The notes beneath the pieces are model-generated. The model saw only the letters and a list, made by a program, of their open reading frames with translations, made no database searches and had not been told where the DNA came from. A stretch of DNA of 64,000 bases. It comes from Fistulifera solaris. Its lineage: Eukaryota. Both the position numbers and the translations under genes were made by a program. Positions 1 to 13,100 of the stretch are shown piece by piece. The stretch's first letter is position 1. Every line of letters begins with the position of its first letter. Location: NCBI GenBank assembly GCA_030295235.1, contig AP026129.1, positions 558,001-622,000 on the forward strand, in the 5' to 3' direction.

Positions 1-818
1 AATCGGGATTCCCCACTTGTTCGAATAATAAGATCGGGATCAGGAAGATGCCGTGTCGATAAGGCAGATGTAAAAGGTCTTCTGTGATGTCATCTGGTTG
101 CAGCAAGCCAACTTGAACTTGTCGAGCCAACTGTTGTGCAGCCTGTACCAGATCTTTTCGACCACCATAATTGATCGCCAAGTTCAGAGTAAATCGTTTT
201 GTTGAGTGTGTTGAATCAGCCAAGCTGCTCGTCGCCAATGTTCCCTCTTGTAGACGCTCTAATGCCTTTACCAGACTCGTCGGAATACGCTCGTCGTTTA
301 AATTTCCCAAAACTGTAATTCGAATTTGCTCCCGACACGCCTTGTCGTAAAAATCATGCGCGGTCTGCTCCATGACACGAAAGACGGAGCTCACTTCTTG
401 CGGTGATCGGTTCCAATTTTCGGTGGAAAAGGCAAACATTGTACAACATTCGACCCCATGTTCTCGCAATACGGGTAGGGTATTAATTAAACGTTGGGCG
501 CCTTGTCGGTGACCGGAAATAACACTTTGATTGTTTTGCTGAGCCCATCGCGCGTTTCCGTCACAAATGAAGGCAACGTGTTTGGGACTTTTCGTGGGTT
601 CAAAATGTTGAGTTTCTTCGATCAATCTCAGATCTTCACCATTAGCAGAGCGAACTGTTTGATGATCGTTCAATGTCGACGACGAGGTGAAGGTTGACTT
701 TGAAAAAGAACATAGTTGACCGCCAAGTTGACTGCCGATTCGAAATGGACGGATCCACGCCACTCCAAGGGAAATTCCCCAGAGAAAGAAAGAAACGAGC
801 CTTGTTCTTCGCCCTCAT
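1..818 (-). CDS. cis-prenyltransferase (undecaprenyl/dehydrodolichyl diphosphate synthase family); 3' end runs off the window
   Basis: Manual minus-strand translation gives PKHVAFICDGNARWA, GHRQG, MFAFSTENWNRS, TLNLAINYGG and PDPDLIIRTSGESR. Not in the ORF track because it is truncated. The ATG at 818 needs a 1-nt correction to be in frame, followed by a hydrophobic presequence-like N-terminus. Confidence 0.9.
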
Positions 819-1433
819 CCGTCTCGATCTTGTTATCCATTTAGCGCCTTTAGAGTGTAACCGCTTGTTCAGTATAGTGTTTGCTATTCAAAATAAGAAA
901 CAAACACATTTTTTTAGAATTTTGTTTAATTGAGGCGTCGCGTTTTCGTACGCGACGATTGTTGGGAGAACTCGCATCAGGCTATGAGCTCGCATGACTC
1001 CCGTTTCTTAGCAGTCATGAGTATCGTTTGCGGACGATAAGCGCAGTACCGGTGTGATCGATTATTTTTCATGAATGAGTATGAAAAGTACCGTACCTTA
1101 TTTTTTCACGATCTCCCCTCGTCACTCGTCACTCGTCACTGTCACTGGATAAAAAGACCTTAAAAAGAAAAAAGTACAATCCAGCGGTCATTCTCAAATT
1201 GGTCATTATTTGCCTCCTCTTGTCTTCCTCCACAACACGTAAAGGATAATCAAGCTCTTGCATTCCAGCTTTGTGCCTCGACCTCCAAGCAAAAGTAATT
1301 AGGAAGAAGAGAGCGAGCGACGATCAAGGAAGATAGTGCACAGGATTTGAAAGGATCGATTCTGCTCGAAGGGATAAAGCACTTTGGATAACAATTCATT
1401 TCGGTCGTTTTGTAATCCAATAAAAATCTCAGA

Positions 1434-3678
1434 ATGGCCGAAGAGGACTCAAGAAAGTCGCAGTACCAGCGCAAGCTTGCTCGTCAACGTCAATTGGAGT
1501 TGATGGAAGCAGCAGCGATGGGAACCGTCCCCCTCGATGCAGCTTGATTTGGGATCGGGCGGCATCCGCTCGCGTGGTGGAAAAAATGGAGACGATCTCA
1601 GTTTCGTAGGAGACGAGCATCAACCAGTTGTTTACAGTCCGAGCAACAAGCGCACCAGTTTGCGATTCTCTCCGAATAACTCGCCGACTGGTAGCGGCAA
1701 AGCCACATCCAATCCTTTTAAATCGCGCAGCGCGGAAGATGCTTTCTCGATCAACCTGATGGATCACGATGCCGGAGTCTATCGAGAAGATAAGCCGCGA
1801 GGATCCATTTTCAATACCATAAGGAGCATGTTACAGTTTCCTTCGGCTCAGAAGAAAGAACCCAAAATCTCGGAAACGATCAATCTGCACGATATGGAGG
1901 AGACGGACGCAGAAATTGACTACTTGGGAACGAAGCCGGACTGGTTGAAAGGCCGACGCGACGAAAGCCGTCGTGCTAGTCCCATGGCAGCGCTTTCAGT
2001 TGGCTGTGGTCGACTCTGTGCTGGTTTTCTCTACCAGCTTCAGCAAACCTGGACACAACCGCGCCGTCGTCGCTTGCTGTTCATGGCCTTGTTCTGTACT
2101 GCTATTGTCGTCCTGACCTTCGTTTTGATGCACACCGACAATCCAGCATCAAAATACTATCATCATTTCGTCACGGAGCCTTACTTGAGAGCACAGAATA
2201 CGGCGCGGTTCAACGAAATCATGGACACCATCGTCATGGCCTCCGTTAGTCACACCAGTGTCTTTCAAGATTTACTGAGTCCAGAGTACCATGCGTTGCG
2301 ATGGATCGCATACTCGGACGAAGCCAAGCTGGATCCGGCGGACCCTATGCTATTGCAGCGCTATGCATTGGCGGTCATCTTCTACAACTCTTTCATTACC
2401 TTCGAAACTACCGCCGGACGCCAGCAGCCCGTCATTATCGGCGACAAGCAATGGGAAGGAGTGCCCAATCCTGGTTGGGTTCGCAAGGACTACTGGATGA
2501 CCGAAAAAGGGCATTGTATGTGGTTCGGTATAACGTGTACGCCAAATGACGAGGGTGAAAATCACTACGATGCGAACGCCCCCGTCGTGTCATTGAATCT
2601 CACCAAGAACCACGTGCTAGGGCCTTTGCCCCCTGAATTGAAAGCTCTGGAGAGTTTGGAGAGCTTGGATCTGAGCCACAACAAAGTCGAAGGGTCGATT
2701 CCTTGGCAAGTTGGGAAAATGTTTCACCTCAAGACTCTTTACTTGCATCAAAACACCATTTCCGGATCACTTCCCGGGGAAATTGGGTTTTGGGAAGGAA
2801 TGCAGGATCTCAAGCTCGGGAACAATATTCTAAAGGGAAGCATTCCGTCGGAACTGAATCGCTTGTACAATCTGGAAAAGTTGGCTTTAGATCATAACCA
2901 GTTCACGGGTCAGATTCCCATCGTGAAGTCGCTGACTAAACTCGAGCAGCTTTATCTTGACAACAACAAATTTGCTGGCAATTTCCCGTTCACGCTCATC
3001 TTCTTGACGAATCTTTTGGAATTAAACATGAATGATAACCATCTAACAGGGACGCTTCCGCCCGAGCTCGAAAATCTACGCCACTTGCGAAACTTGCATT
3101 TGCAAAATAACAAGCTGCACGGTAAAATTCCGGATACCATCTTTACGAGAATGCTTCACTTGGCCGAAATCACGTTGGAGAATAACGCGCTGACGGGGGA
3201 TCTGCCCGAAGATATGGGTTCCGAGCGACTTTTGCGAGTTGTTCGCTTCAATAACAATCAATTATCGGGATCCATTCCTATCACGTGGGATCAGATGGTA
3301 GCGGTTGAAATTCTACACTTGCATGAAAACAAACTAAAGGGAACCTTACCCCCGGTGATCGGTAATATGACGGCGCTTCAAGAGCTCTATCTTAACAACA
3401 ACCAGTTGACTGGTATGATTCCCGAAGAAATCGGACAAGCAACGAACTTAAAGAGCCTTTTTATGGAGCACAACCAAATCGGTGGGCGTGTTCCGACGTC
3501 TATGGGCAAGCTGGAGAATTTGCGGACTCTGCGTATGTTTGATAACAAGATCAGAGGTTTCGTGCCGGATGAGGTTTGTGACCTCTCTAACTTTCACAAG
3601 CTGACTACTTTTTCCGCGGATTGTGCTCCATTTGTGGGTATCATCATGAAATGCGAGTGCTGCACAAAGTGCTACTGA
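1434..3678 (+). CDS. Type II membrane leucine-rich-repeat (plant-specific-type LRR) protein, no kinase domain
   Basis: ORF 1537-3678 has one TM (LLFMALFCTAIVVLTFVLM), SPEYHALRWI / LLQRYALAVIFY, many LxxLxLxxNxLxGxIP repeats and a C-terminal CECCTKCY. The upstream ATG at 1434 joins if one C is removed from the C5 run at ~1528-1532. Confidence 0.9.
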
Positions 3679-4189
3679 ACCTCGTAGGCAATCATTACGC
3701 GTAATTCTCAAGTTGTTACGAATAAACGAGTCGTCAACTCACTCCTAGAAAACGACGCTGGCGCGTGTAGAAGACTGCTATCGTCGCCATGAATACATGA
3801 GCCAAGGCAAATAGTTCTGCTTGGCTTTATCATCCCGAAAACCAGTTTAGTTTTATCTGTATGATCTATGACCCTAGCTTTTCAGAAGATGTATAGATTC
3901 GTACTCAGTAACGCAGGACGAAGTTCACATTAAGCGTGAGCAACCTACTGGGTTGTGATCTAACCGATCTTCAGCGCAGACTTTTGTCAAGAGACGACAA
4001 ACTGTCGACATTAAAGCTGGAGGACTGAGTCATACAACTTCTAAGGATTCGAAAGGAGCAATATGTTCAATGTTAAAACTATTGATCGAGCGATATCTTA
4101 ATATGCTAAATTGCGAAAGCAGCGCAGCTCGTGTGAAATAGGTCGTGGATCTGGCTGAAGGTGACAACACGCCGAGCAGTGATTCACGA

Positions 4190-4375
4190 CTAGCTAGCAC
4201 TGCGGCTTGTCGGCATATCAACATCGACGAAGTCTATTGACTCCGTCAGTTCAAGCGCTTGATTGATGATGGAAATCAGATGAGTTCTATGCTCATTCCC
4301 TGTACGAGGTCGCGACGGAACCGAATTCATGGTCACTGAGCCACGCCTCGAAAGGGTGAGATCATTGCGGAACAT
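4190..4375 (-). CDS. Small hypothetical protein
   Basis: Short ORF (MFRNDL...LISIINQALELTESID) with an amphipathic helix; no recognisable domain. Confidence 0.3.
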   Translation of the reverse strand: MFRNDLTLSRRGSVTMNSVPSRPRTGNEHRTHLISIINQALELTESIDFVDVDMPTSRSAS

Positions 4376-6082
4376 GAGGTATCTGAAATGGTGTAAGGAT
4401 GACTGGGCTTCGGTGCCGTTTCTCGCGGCTGAACGCAGAGATGCCTCGCCTAGTGTTGTAAGAGTATCATGAGCTCTGCAAAAAGACATTGTTATCAGAT
4501 GGAATTGTTAAAAACTTGTTTGATGTGTTGTTTCTATAAGAAGGCAGAGTGGAGCGGCGGACGTGGACTACGTCGTGAGTCGAGAAGATTCGGTCCAAGA
4601 TGCATCAATGTCGGTCATGCAATGCAGACCCGCAGAGCAGAGCCCTTTACGGATGCGGTACTTGATGACACTTAGACCCTCATAGGATGGGAAAAGAGAA
4701 AATGTTGAAACAGGCAAGGAAAGGGAAATCATTATTTACTTGTAGCCGTTAGCAGGTACTTGTAGCAGTTAGCAGTGATCAGTGATAACATCATATTTAC
4801 GATCACAGATCAGACATCAGTAACTTGAAGCTCGTAGCTCGCAATTTGCTTTTCCGAGGCTGCAGCCCGCAGCGTCAGCATTAGCTTGTGGATGGTCTAG
4901 GCTCTCATAGTGTCCAGCTTATTCTTTACGCGTTCCCTATGGCGTGGAGCCTGGAATGGCGTGTGACGAGTGATTGGCTATGTCATTATTTTTCATCTTA
5001 AGGTTGTTCGTTGTTTAGATCTTGACGTCTGGGTGGGAGTGAGAGGTGGGAGATATGCGATGTCTGGATCGGAAAATGTTTCCGGTTTCCGAGACATTCC
5101 ATTCCCACTTACTGCATTGTCTCATGTCTCATGGCATCATGCGTCTTGGCGTGGTTCGTGGTTTGCTGGTGGCTGGTGGCTGTTGGTACCACCTGCCCAT
5201 CCTACGCTGTCTATGTACAAAATCAGTCACATCCTTCTACTTGTACTTGTACTCTGTAAATACAGCTGTCGACGGCCCAAGACCGGGCTACATGCTACAT
5301 CATTAGCTTCGCTCGAACCTTGAAGTTTGAAAACGGTAGTTTCAAGTTTCAAATTCAAGGTCCCTCACTTTTCAACGATCTTTCACGGAAGGTTGACCTC
5401 AGGACCGCAGGCATTTCTCATTCTATCTTGTCATGATTCATGATTTTACCATTTTACCTCTGTTTTTACTTTTAGCAAACACCGAGTTATCCACTTGAAG
5501 GTCTGGTTGAATGTTCCCAGAGGTCCACACTCCGCATGTCTTCACACTGGGTTATTTTCAAAAGCAGAGTTGGACGAAAAAGCAACGTCAGACATTGTTG
5601 CCTGCTTGTCAAAATGAGAAGACCGCTATCTAAGAATTGGCAGAGAATGCGAGCAAGATATCGAAGGCTATAGTTGTAAGCTAGACCCATTGCGACTTAG
5701 ATTCAACGTTAGGTTTGTTCAGGAACACTTGTACTCGGTAATTTTTATCGGTTCACGGTCGCCCGAAACACCCTTTGCTTTGCTTGGCGTGACATGCACG
5801 TTTGTTGTTCGTGATTGCAATCCAGTCATGAAGCTGATGATACACTGAAGACGATACTACGAGGTTGCTTCTGAACAATAACCTTAAACCTAATAGTACT
5901 TGAATAAGGCCGTCTAGAAAGTTTTGGCCCTTCCTCTTCTTTAAAAATGAAACTGGTACGGAGTTAATGATAATGATTGATATTCATATTGCATATTGGT
6001 TACTCTTTTATTGTTTTCAATCATCAGCGCGCGTAAGATCAAAAGGACAAGGAGTATCTGTTTGCGGCTATCAACGAACCGA

Positions 6083-6685
6083 ATGGAAGATAATTACAAT
6101 CACGAAGACAACGACTGGATTAACGATCGCCAAGCCTAAACAGAACCGTGTGGCGCGTTCGCAGCCACTTCCTGACTGATTTCAATCTCTAGAAGCACTC
6201 AGCAAAGAAACACAGTTCGATCCGTACGTTTTGATACTAATGGGGCTTCCAAGGCCGAAAAGTCGACTATTGCCGATAAACTACAAGTACTAGAACCATG
6301 GAGATGCGCTTGAATCAAGACACACTAAAACATCGAAAAGCGTGTCTACGAGTCGCCAAGGAGGCTCTAAGCGAAAATAAATGTTCAATCATAGATCGAT
6401 GTCACGTACAAATTTTGAACCGTAAGCCGTTCTACGAATTGACCGAATTGTTTCACGTTCCTGTCGATCTATTGAGCATTGATGCTCCACACTTCGTTTG
6501 CTTGGAACACCGTCGACAGCGACAAAATCAACCCACACTTTCGCCACATAGTGCCTGTTGGATTATAAAAGGCTTCCAAAACGACTGGGAATTGCCGGGA
6601 GACAATGAAAAGATACGACAAATAAGGACGATTTTGAGGGATTGATGATCCCCGATTTCCGGGATTGTTTCGGCATTTCCTTTGA
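6083..6685 (+). pseudogene. Degraded tandem paralogue of the AAA_33 P-loop kinase at 7292
   Basis: Aligns by eye with 7292-7870 (DPYVLILMGLP, LNQDTL, ENKCSIIDRCH, DWELPG). TGA at 6177-6179 where the paralogue has TGG (Trp), a disrupted Walker A and several frameshifts. Confidence 0.75.
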
Positions 6686-7291
6686 AGTCGACCGTTAAAA
6701 GGCTTTTTATGGGTGCTTGACCAAGGTAGCAATGCAACCTAGTCGTTCTTATGAGGACAAGTGCGGCCAATCGTGGTGAGTTGAAGTGGGCATTTGATGA
6801 TGACCTAAAAGCGAGTCCACAGAGCTTGGCAAAAGAATAGATGTCCAGATGCAGCAAAAATTCTCTCCAGCAGACTACAGGAAAAGTCGATTTTATGACA
6901 TGACAATTGCTAGCTATGCTGATGCTTTTTATGAAACCGTTTTGCGAACAACCAGCGAGAGGCGATGTGCTTTCTAAATGGACGAACGCTGAAAATCTTG
7001 CAGCTTCTTTCCACTTTAGCTTGTGTCGCTGTTTTGGAACCTTTCATGCTGCTGCACGCTTCGTATCATGGAAAGCTAAAAGAGCCCTAGCTAGTTGTCA
7101 GTGCGACGCACGCCTTAACCGTTTTGAGGAACGCTAAGGAACGGCATAATGTTTTTCTGACCAGGTTCTCGAATCGAGAACTGGTCAAAAGGCAATAAAA
7201 AAAATCTATCGTCTATTGTTCATGCGACATGCGGAAATAATTCGGAGTTCAAAAACCAAAGTTGCGCATATGGTAGCTATCATTGACTAGA

Positions 7292-7870
7292 ATGGAAGGG
7301 ACCAGTAGTTACAAAAACGAGGGCTTGCAAAGTGTTTCCGACTTGAAGAAAATCGGTGAGTTGCAGCATCAGCAGCTTCCAGAATGGTTTCAGACCTTAA
7401 AAATTCCCAGTCAAACAAACTTCGAGCCATACGTTCTGATGCTTATGGGATTGCCAGGTTCTGGTAAGTCGACAATTGCCGAAAAGTTAGTGGACGTCAA
7501 CCAGGATACACTTGGGGATCGACGTGCGTGTCTGAAACTCGCCGAGCAAGTTCTGAGTGAGAACAAGTGCCCCATCATCGATCGATGCCATGCCTCATTA
7601 AAGAATCGCAAGCCATTCTACGAGCTCGCCCAATCCTTGCACGTTCCTGTAGATATTCTTATTCTAGACGCCACGTACACTGTTTGTGTGCAACGATGTC
7701 ACGAGCGGCATGATCATCCTACGGTATTGTCAGACGAGGCAAGCAAGATTGTGGGATGCGTGCGCAAGGACTGGAAACTACCGGGAAAGAATGACAATGT
7801 ACGACACGTATGGACTGTCTCTGGAATAGAAGACGCCAAACTTCCCAAATTGTTCCGGGGCTTGCTGTGA
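7292..7870 (+). CDS. AAA_33 / polynucleotide-kinase-like P-loop protein
   Basis: Walker A LMGLPGSGKST, VNQDTLG, IIDRCH, CVQRC..R..HPT, typical of AAA_33 small kinases. Confidence 0.85.
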   Translation: MEGTSSYKNEGLQSVSDLKKIGELQHQQLPEWFQTLKIPSQTNFEPYVLMLMGLPGSGKSTIAEKLVDVNQDTLGDRRACLKLAEQVLSENKCPIIDRCHASLKNRKPFYELAQSLHVPVDILILDATYTVCVQRCHERHDHPTVLSDEASKIVGCVRKDWKLPGKNDNVRHVWTVSGIEDAKLPKLFRGLL

Positions 7871-8351
7871 ATCGAATCCTAGACAAAGACTCTGTCGTAA
7901 TTATCCACATGGTTTCGTAATATATTGCCAAGTATAAATAAACTTAGTTATTGGTGTCTTGACGGCGGTGATCTTTTGTTGCATGTCTGTTACGGTTGCA
8001 TTATTGGTCTTTAAAGAACAGTACGTAGTTTTACGGAGCTGCGGGAGCTGGAAAAGTTAACTGGATGCATTCATAATTAGCAAAATTGTCCAAATGCAGC
8101 GTCAAACATGATAATAAGAACGATAAGCTCATGCTCCCGTTTTAGACCTTATACTATACTTTGTGCATTTCGATCAAGAAATAGCCAGCAGCAGATCATC
8201 TCATCCATTTTTCGGGACCGGAAAATTACTGAGTCACGATAACGTGACTCCTTCATTTTATCGGATGCACAGAGCACCACTACGCACAAACATGGCCAAC
8301 ATAAAAAATCCTTCGGTCTTAAAATTGTCAGTTCTGTTTTCTTATAAAACA

Positions 8352-11028
8352 ATGAAAAGCTTTGTTAAAACGTTGCTAGTAGTAATTCTGTCACACTCCT
8401 TCGCTCAAGCGGCCTCCTCTGTCGGCACTTTGAACGAGACAGAACTGGATTGTCAAGTCCGCACCTTGACGTTTCGTTACAGTCAATTTCTGCAGCCGTG
8501 GCGGTCGGATGAGGATCCATTGTGGCAGACTGTTTACGATGCTCTGGAATTGGATCGTTTGTGTCACATTTCCTTTCCGGAGATGAAACTGCAGCCGAAA
8601 TTAGCAAAGGCGAAAATGCAGCGACAGCAAAAGCTACAGCAAGAAACGCCTTGTGCGACAGCGCATTGTATCTTTGTCGACCCGATCGCGAAAAATGACA
8701 ATTTGGCTGGTTTAAAAGGCTCAATCACTCGACCTTATGCGACACTAGCGGAAGCCTTGCAGGCGGCTCGTGTCATTGATCAATTGCATCAGACGACAAT
8801 CTTCCTTCGACAAGGCGTACACGAATTGAAAGACACCATCCACTTAGAACGAAAGGATTCAGGCTTACGAATACAAGGTTATCCCGGAGAAAATGTTTGG
8901 ATATCCGGAGCGGTGACACTACCGTCGGACCTGTCGTGGCAGCAATGGCATCAAAATCCACAAGTTTATTGGGCTAATTTAACTACCTTGCTGCAAGGGC
9001 GTCTCTTGCCGCATCTGCCGTCACTCTACGCTTCCGATGCCCGTTACGTTCGGGCCCGCTACCCGAATGGAAACCCTGAAACAGCGCAATGGGGATACAG
9101 TTCACCAGATAGGTACAAATACTCATTGAAAGCTGATGATGTAGTGGAATGGCACCGACCTCCACCGGGCGAGATTCCTACCTTTACTGTGGTGGATTTC
9201 AAAACAAATCCTCCGCCGGGCACTACCATGAAAAACGATTCAACCCATTTTAATGTGTATAGTACTGGTGAAGGCGGAGCATGTTCTGCCGTTTGGGGCA
9301 ATGCTCCTAATTATTGGTGCAGCAATGCTTCAAGCGGGGGGTGGGCTGAGCTCGAACGGGAATGTGCTGTTACAGGGCAAGTACAGATACCCTACGGTTT
9401 GACGTACAACGAAACGTCAACTATAGGTCAAAAGCTGAATGCTTATCTTCGGAATAACAGCGAGCCGAGTCGTGCCGTTGGTGGGATCATTCATGCGTGG
9501 CACTCACAGAGTTGGGCCATGCATATGTTTGAGATCGATCAACACGATGCGAATGCAAGTTTGTATTTTTCGCCGGGCTCTGGAAGTCAGGGGAGCTCGC
9601 AATTGGTGTCGATGCGACCAATGCGGTTATGCTGCGCACTGGTGTGGGCAGTATCAAGACCCACCCTGGAACGATACGCGCTTGATCTCTGGTACATGGA
9701 TGTTGGAAAATGTCTTGCCAGAATTGGACTTCCCAGGCGAGTATTACTGGGATCCGGTGCGACACCTACTTTATGTTTATCCCAACAATACCGATATGTG
9801 GGATGACTTACATTTCGCCGTGCTGGAAAACTTGGTCGTTATTGATGGTGCTATATCGATCACGCTACAAGACATCGGCTTTCGACATAGCGCCGCAACG
9901 TACGTGTCTCGCGAGTGGTCCCCTCCCAGTGGTGGTGATTGGTCTATGCATCGCGGTGGTGCTGTTTGGATTCGCAACTCGGAAAACATTACCATCGATA
10001 GCTGTCTTTTCACTCGTTTGGATGGTACAGGCGTCTTCTTGTCGAACTATACACGGCGTATAAGCATTCAGCATTCCGAGTTTGCCTGGATAGGCGAAAG
10101 TGCCATTGCTACGCTGGGTCAAACAGATGGATACAATGCCACACGCCAGCAGTTCCCTCTTGCAACGAGAATAGAAGGCAATGTGATGCGAGAGTTGGGT
10201 ATTTACCAAAAACAATCGTCCGCAGTTGGTCACACGTTGGCTGCAAACTCAGTTATCCAAAATAACATTATCTTCAATACAGCCCGCGCCGGCATCAATT
10301 TCAATGAGTTCATGGGTGGTGGTGATGCAGTTTTGAGAAATGTGTTGTGGAACACCTGTCGCGAATCAGGTGACCATGGTCCTATTAACAGTTGGGATAG
10401 GCAACAATATTGGTATGGGAACGAATCGTGGCAGCAGCAGCGCCGGACCATCGCCTTCAACTTGATCGTGGCGAACTATGGCGCATCCGAAGGTGTCGAT
10501 AATGATGATGGTAGCAGTTGGTATCACGTTGCGCACAATGTATTTCACCAGGCAGAAGGATTCAAAATGGATTACGGTGGACACGATAGCATATTCGAGA
10601 AAAACACGGTAATTGCGTATCCCCACAAGCGACCGCGCGGAAGTGGGCCTAAGTGCGTGGCATTTGATTCATTTCTCTTTGGACATGGTCATATCGTGAA
10701 AGATAACATTTGCATCGTTCCCAACCAAGGACCGGAGCAGGCTTTAGTGCAACTAGCCGAATGTGACAATTTCTACGGAATATTAAAAAGGAACACTTAC
10801 TATACGCCTTCGGGACAGGCTTATTTGAAATGCAATTGGAATTCAAACGAGGCAGCAATTTCGTTAAACGACGCATCACTTCGTTTTGGCATAGAAGAGG
10901 GATCAAAAGTTCACAAGACACCTAAGATCGAAGAGATAATGGCTTTGATAATCGCAACGCTCTTTCCATCTCATGATGCCGACAACATCGACATGATGCT
11001 CTATACTGGAGCAACTGCAACGGAGTAA
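8352..11028 (+). CDS. Secreted right-handed parallel beta-helix protein (pectin-lyase fold, GH141-like); one frameshift at ~9590
   Basis: Signal peptide MKSFVKTLLVVILSHSFAQA; GSITRPYATLAEA, IFLRQGVH, RARYPN, LENVLPELDFPGEYY, beta-helix repeats, DHGPINSWDR, DNDDGSS. ORFs 8163-9806 and 9439-11028 join by a 1-nt shift. Confidence 0.75.
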
Positions 11029-13100
11029 CACCGAAAACGACCTTTCGACTTGGTTCGTAAAACAGTGACGAATGAATTCCATGGTAATTATATTCATACA
11101 CCTTTCCACGCACTAGGAACGGAACACACTTTCCTTGTATCGTGTCCAAAGCGTGCAATCATGCCCGTTAATATGCTGGAAGGACAAACAGAAAGAGCAG
11201 TCCCAGTGATAGAACACCTGTTTCGGAATCGATTCAAAAAGATTTGTTTAGCAGGAGAGTTCGAAGTTGGAGCGTGAAGTGTTAGGTGGTCGAACCGACA
11301 CGTAACAGGAAAGTTTCGTAGCTTCAGTATGGACAGAGAGATGAGGTTGCGGGGAAAGATTGTTCTCACATCCTTCCCCGAATCATTCGATTGGTCAGTA
11401 ACAACAACGAAACGTAATGAAATATTTGTGGTCCGTTCTACTCGGAATCAAGAGCAACGCAGAAACAGATTAACCTTATTGATCTCTGAGCAGAGCCTAT
11501 GAAAGACATGATGGTTTGAAGCATCCCACCGAAGACGGCAAATGCCGATGGAACTTTCAAGTACATTAGTCAGAAAGAATATTTTTCGCTTGCGATCAGC
11601 TGAATCGAGTCTTAAAGCAGCGGCGATACGGCTTTCGCGGTAAGAGGACTGTAATTGCAGTCATTGCAACCGTACCTGTGACATTGTTGAACAAGAAGAC
11701 GAAGTGTTGTTGCGTTGTGTTGATAAAGCAATAGAAACTGAATGAATACGAGCAATAATCGTGCGGCCACCTATCCATACGTCCTTCAACGAAAGCTCTC
11801 GGAGAGCCCTTTCTCTTCTGATATGTATACACTTAATGTTCTATTCCGATTGGATGCTGACCTGGCCAAGTGCCATTTATCGGTCCGAAAGCGGCAAAGA
11901 CAACGCGAGACAAGGTGCAGTAGAGATCTACGGGCCAAATAAAGCTTCTTAGTTGTTCACAATAGGCCTGCTCGGGACTTTTACAACGTGTTGGGTGGCA
12001 CATTGCACGCATTGGTTGACATTCCATTTCGACGTCTGCACTTTTCCTCTTTCTCTATACAGTAGGACCTGCTCTTGCCCATTTTGTACTTCAAGGAATA
12101 ATCTGAAGGCTCCTTTGGAAGAGAGTAAACTGAATGCTGAAGCACAAAATGCAACACAACAAGAGGCGGAGAAACTAGAGCAAACAACAATTCGCACGAC
12201 CACGAAACCTCTGGAGCACACTGAATTGGACTGTATCAGACGGAGAAGCTTCTCCCGACGTCCGTCACCCTTACCCACCGTGCGCATCCATCAGTTGCAT
12301 TAATAATTATTTTAGTTTATTTAGTTTTGAAATGAATAAGTGTTAGCATGATGTAGGTGTTGTGGTATACATTTTTCATTGTGCTGGGACATATGGGGGA
12401 CCCTTGCGAGTGCCCGTAACCGCTATCCTATTTCTAGGATAACTCATAAGCACCGCAAGAGCTCCGAAGACGTTAAGCAGATGTCAACAAGCGATCACAA
12501 ACGCCCATGTATCCGGTTGGGAGCGGAAAGGCGAATGTGGCTTTCATAAGCTGCTCAGCGGGTGAACCCCAAACCCCGCTCAACCGTTACCATTGCTTCA
12601 CCAATCACCGGCGCACGCAGTTCTTCGGCACGCCTCATGGATCCCACAACTCAGGTGAAGAACTTTTCCCAGCACAATGCTCCAACTGCGTGTTTTCCGG
12701 TAAGGCAGGAAAGCCTCGCAAACAGGCAAGCGAATCGTCGAGACGACACGAGGTTGCCGTTTCGCGAGACGACTCCTCCTTCCTCGGGACATACGCACCA
12801 CAACCCTTCATGCGCTCCCACTGAGTATTCAACCATACGGTCCCAAGCTGTGATCGCAGGCCACAGCTTTGGCAACAACTGAATACGGGGAGGACATCAA
12901 ACCTCTCTCAGTCGCCTTTGAGAGGAGATGTGAGAAGAAGAAGAACGCAGCGAAAAAAGAGAGAAAGATGTTTGACGATGCTTCTCCCACTTGTATCGTA
13001 AAATCAAAATCAGTTTGTGTTCACAAACTTAATTTAAAATCATTTAGAGGGATCTCTCTAAGTATTTCTGTCTCGAGCAACGGTTTTCTCCATGTATCGG

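Noticed and set aside
11050..13095. Short ORFs left of element 1
   Set aside because: No recognisable motifs, overlapping on both strands, and no consistent coding frame.
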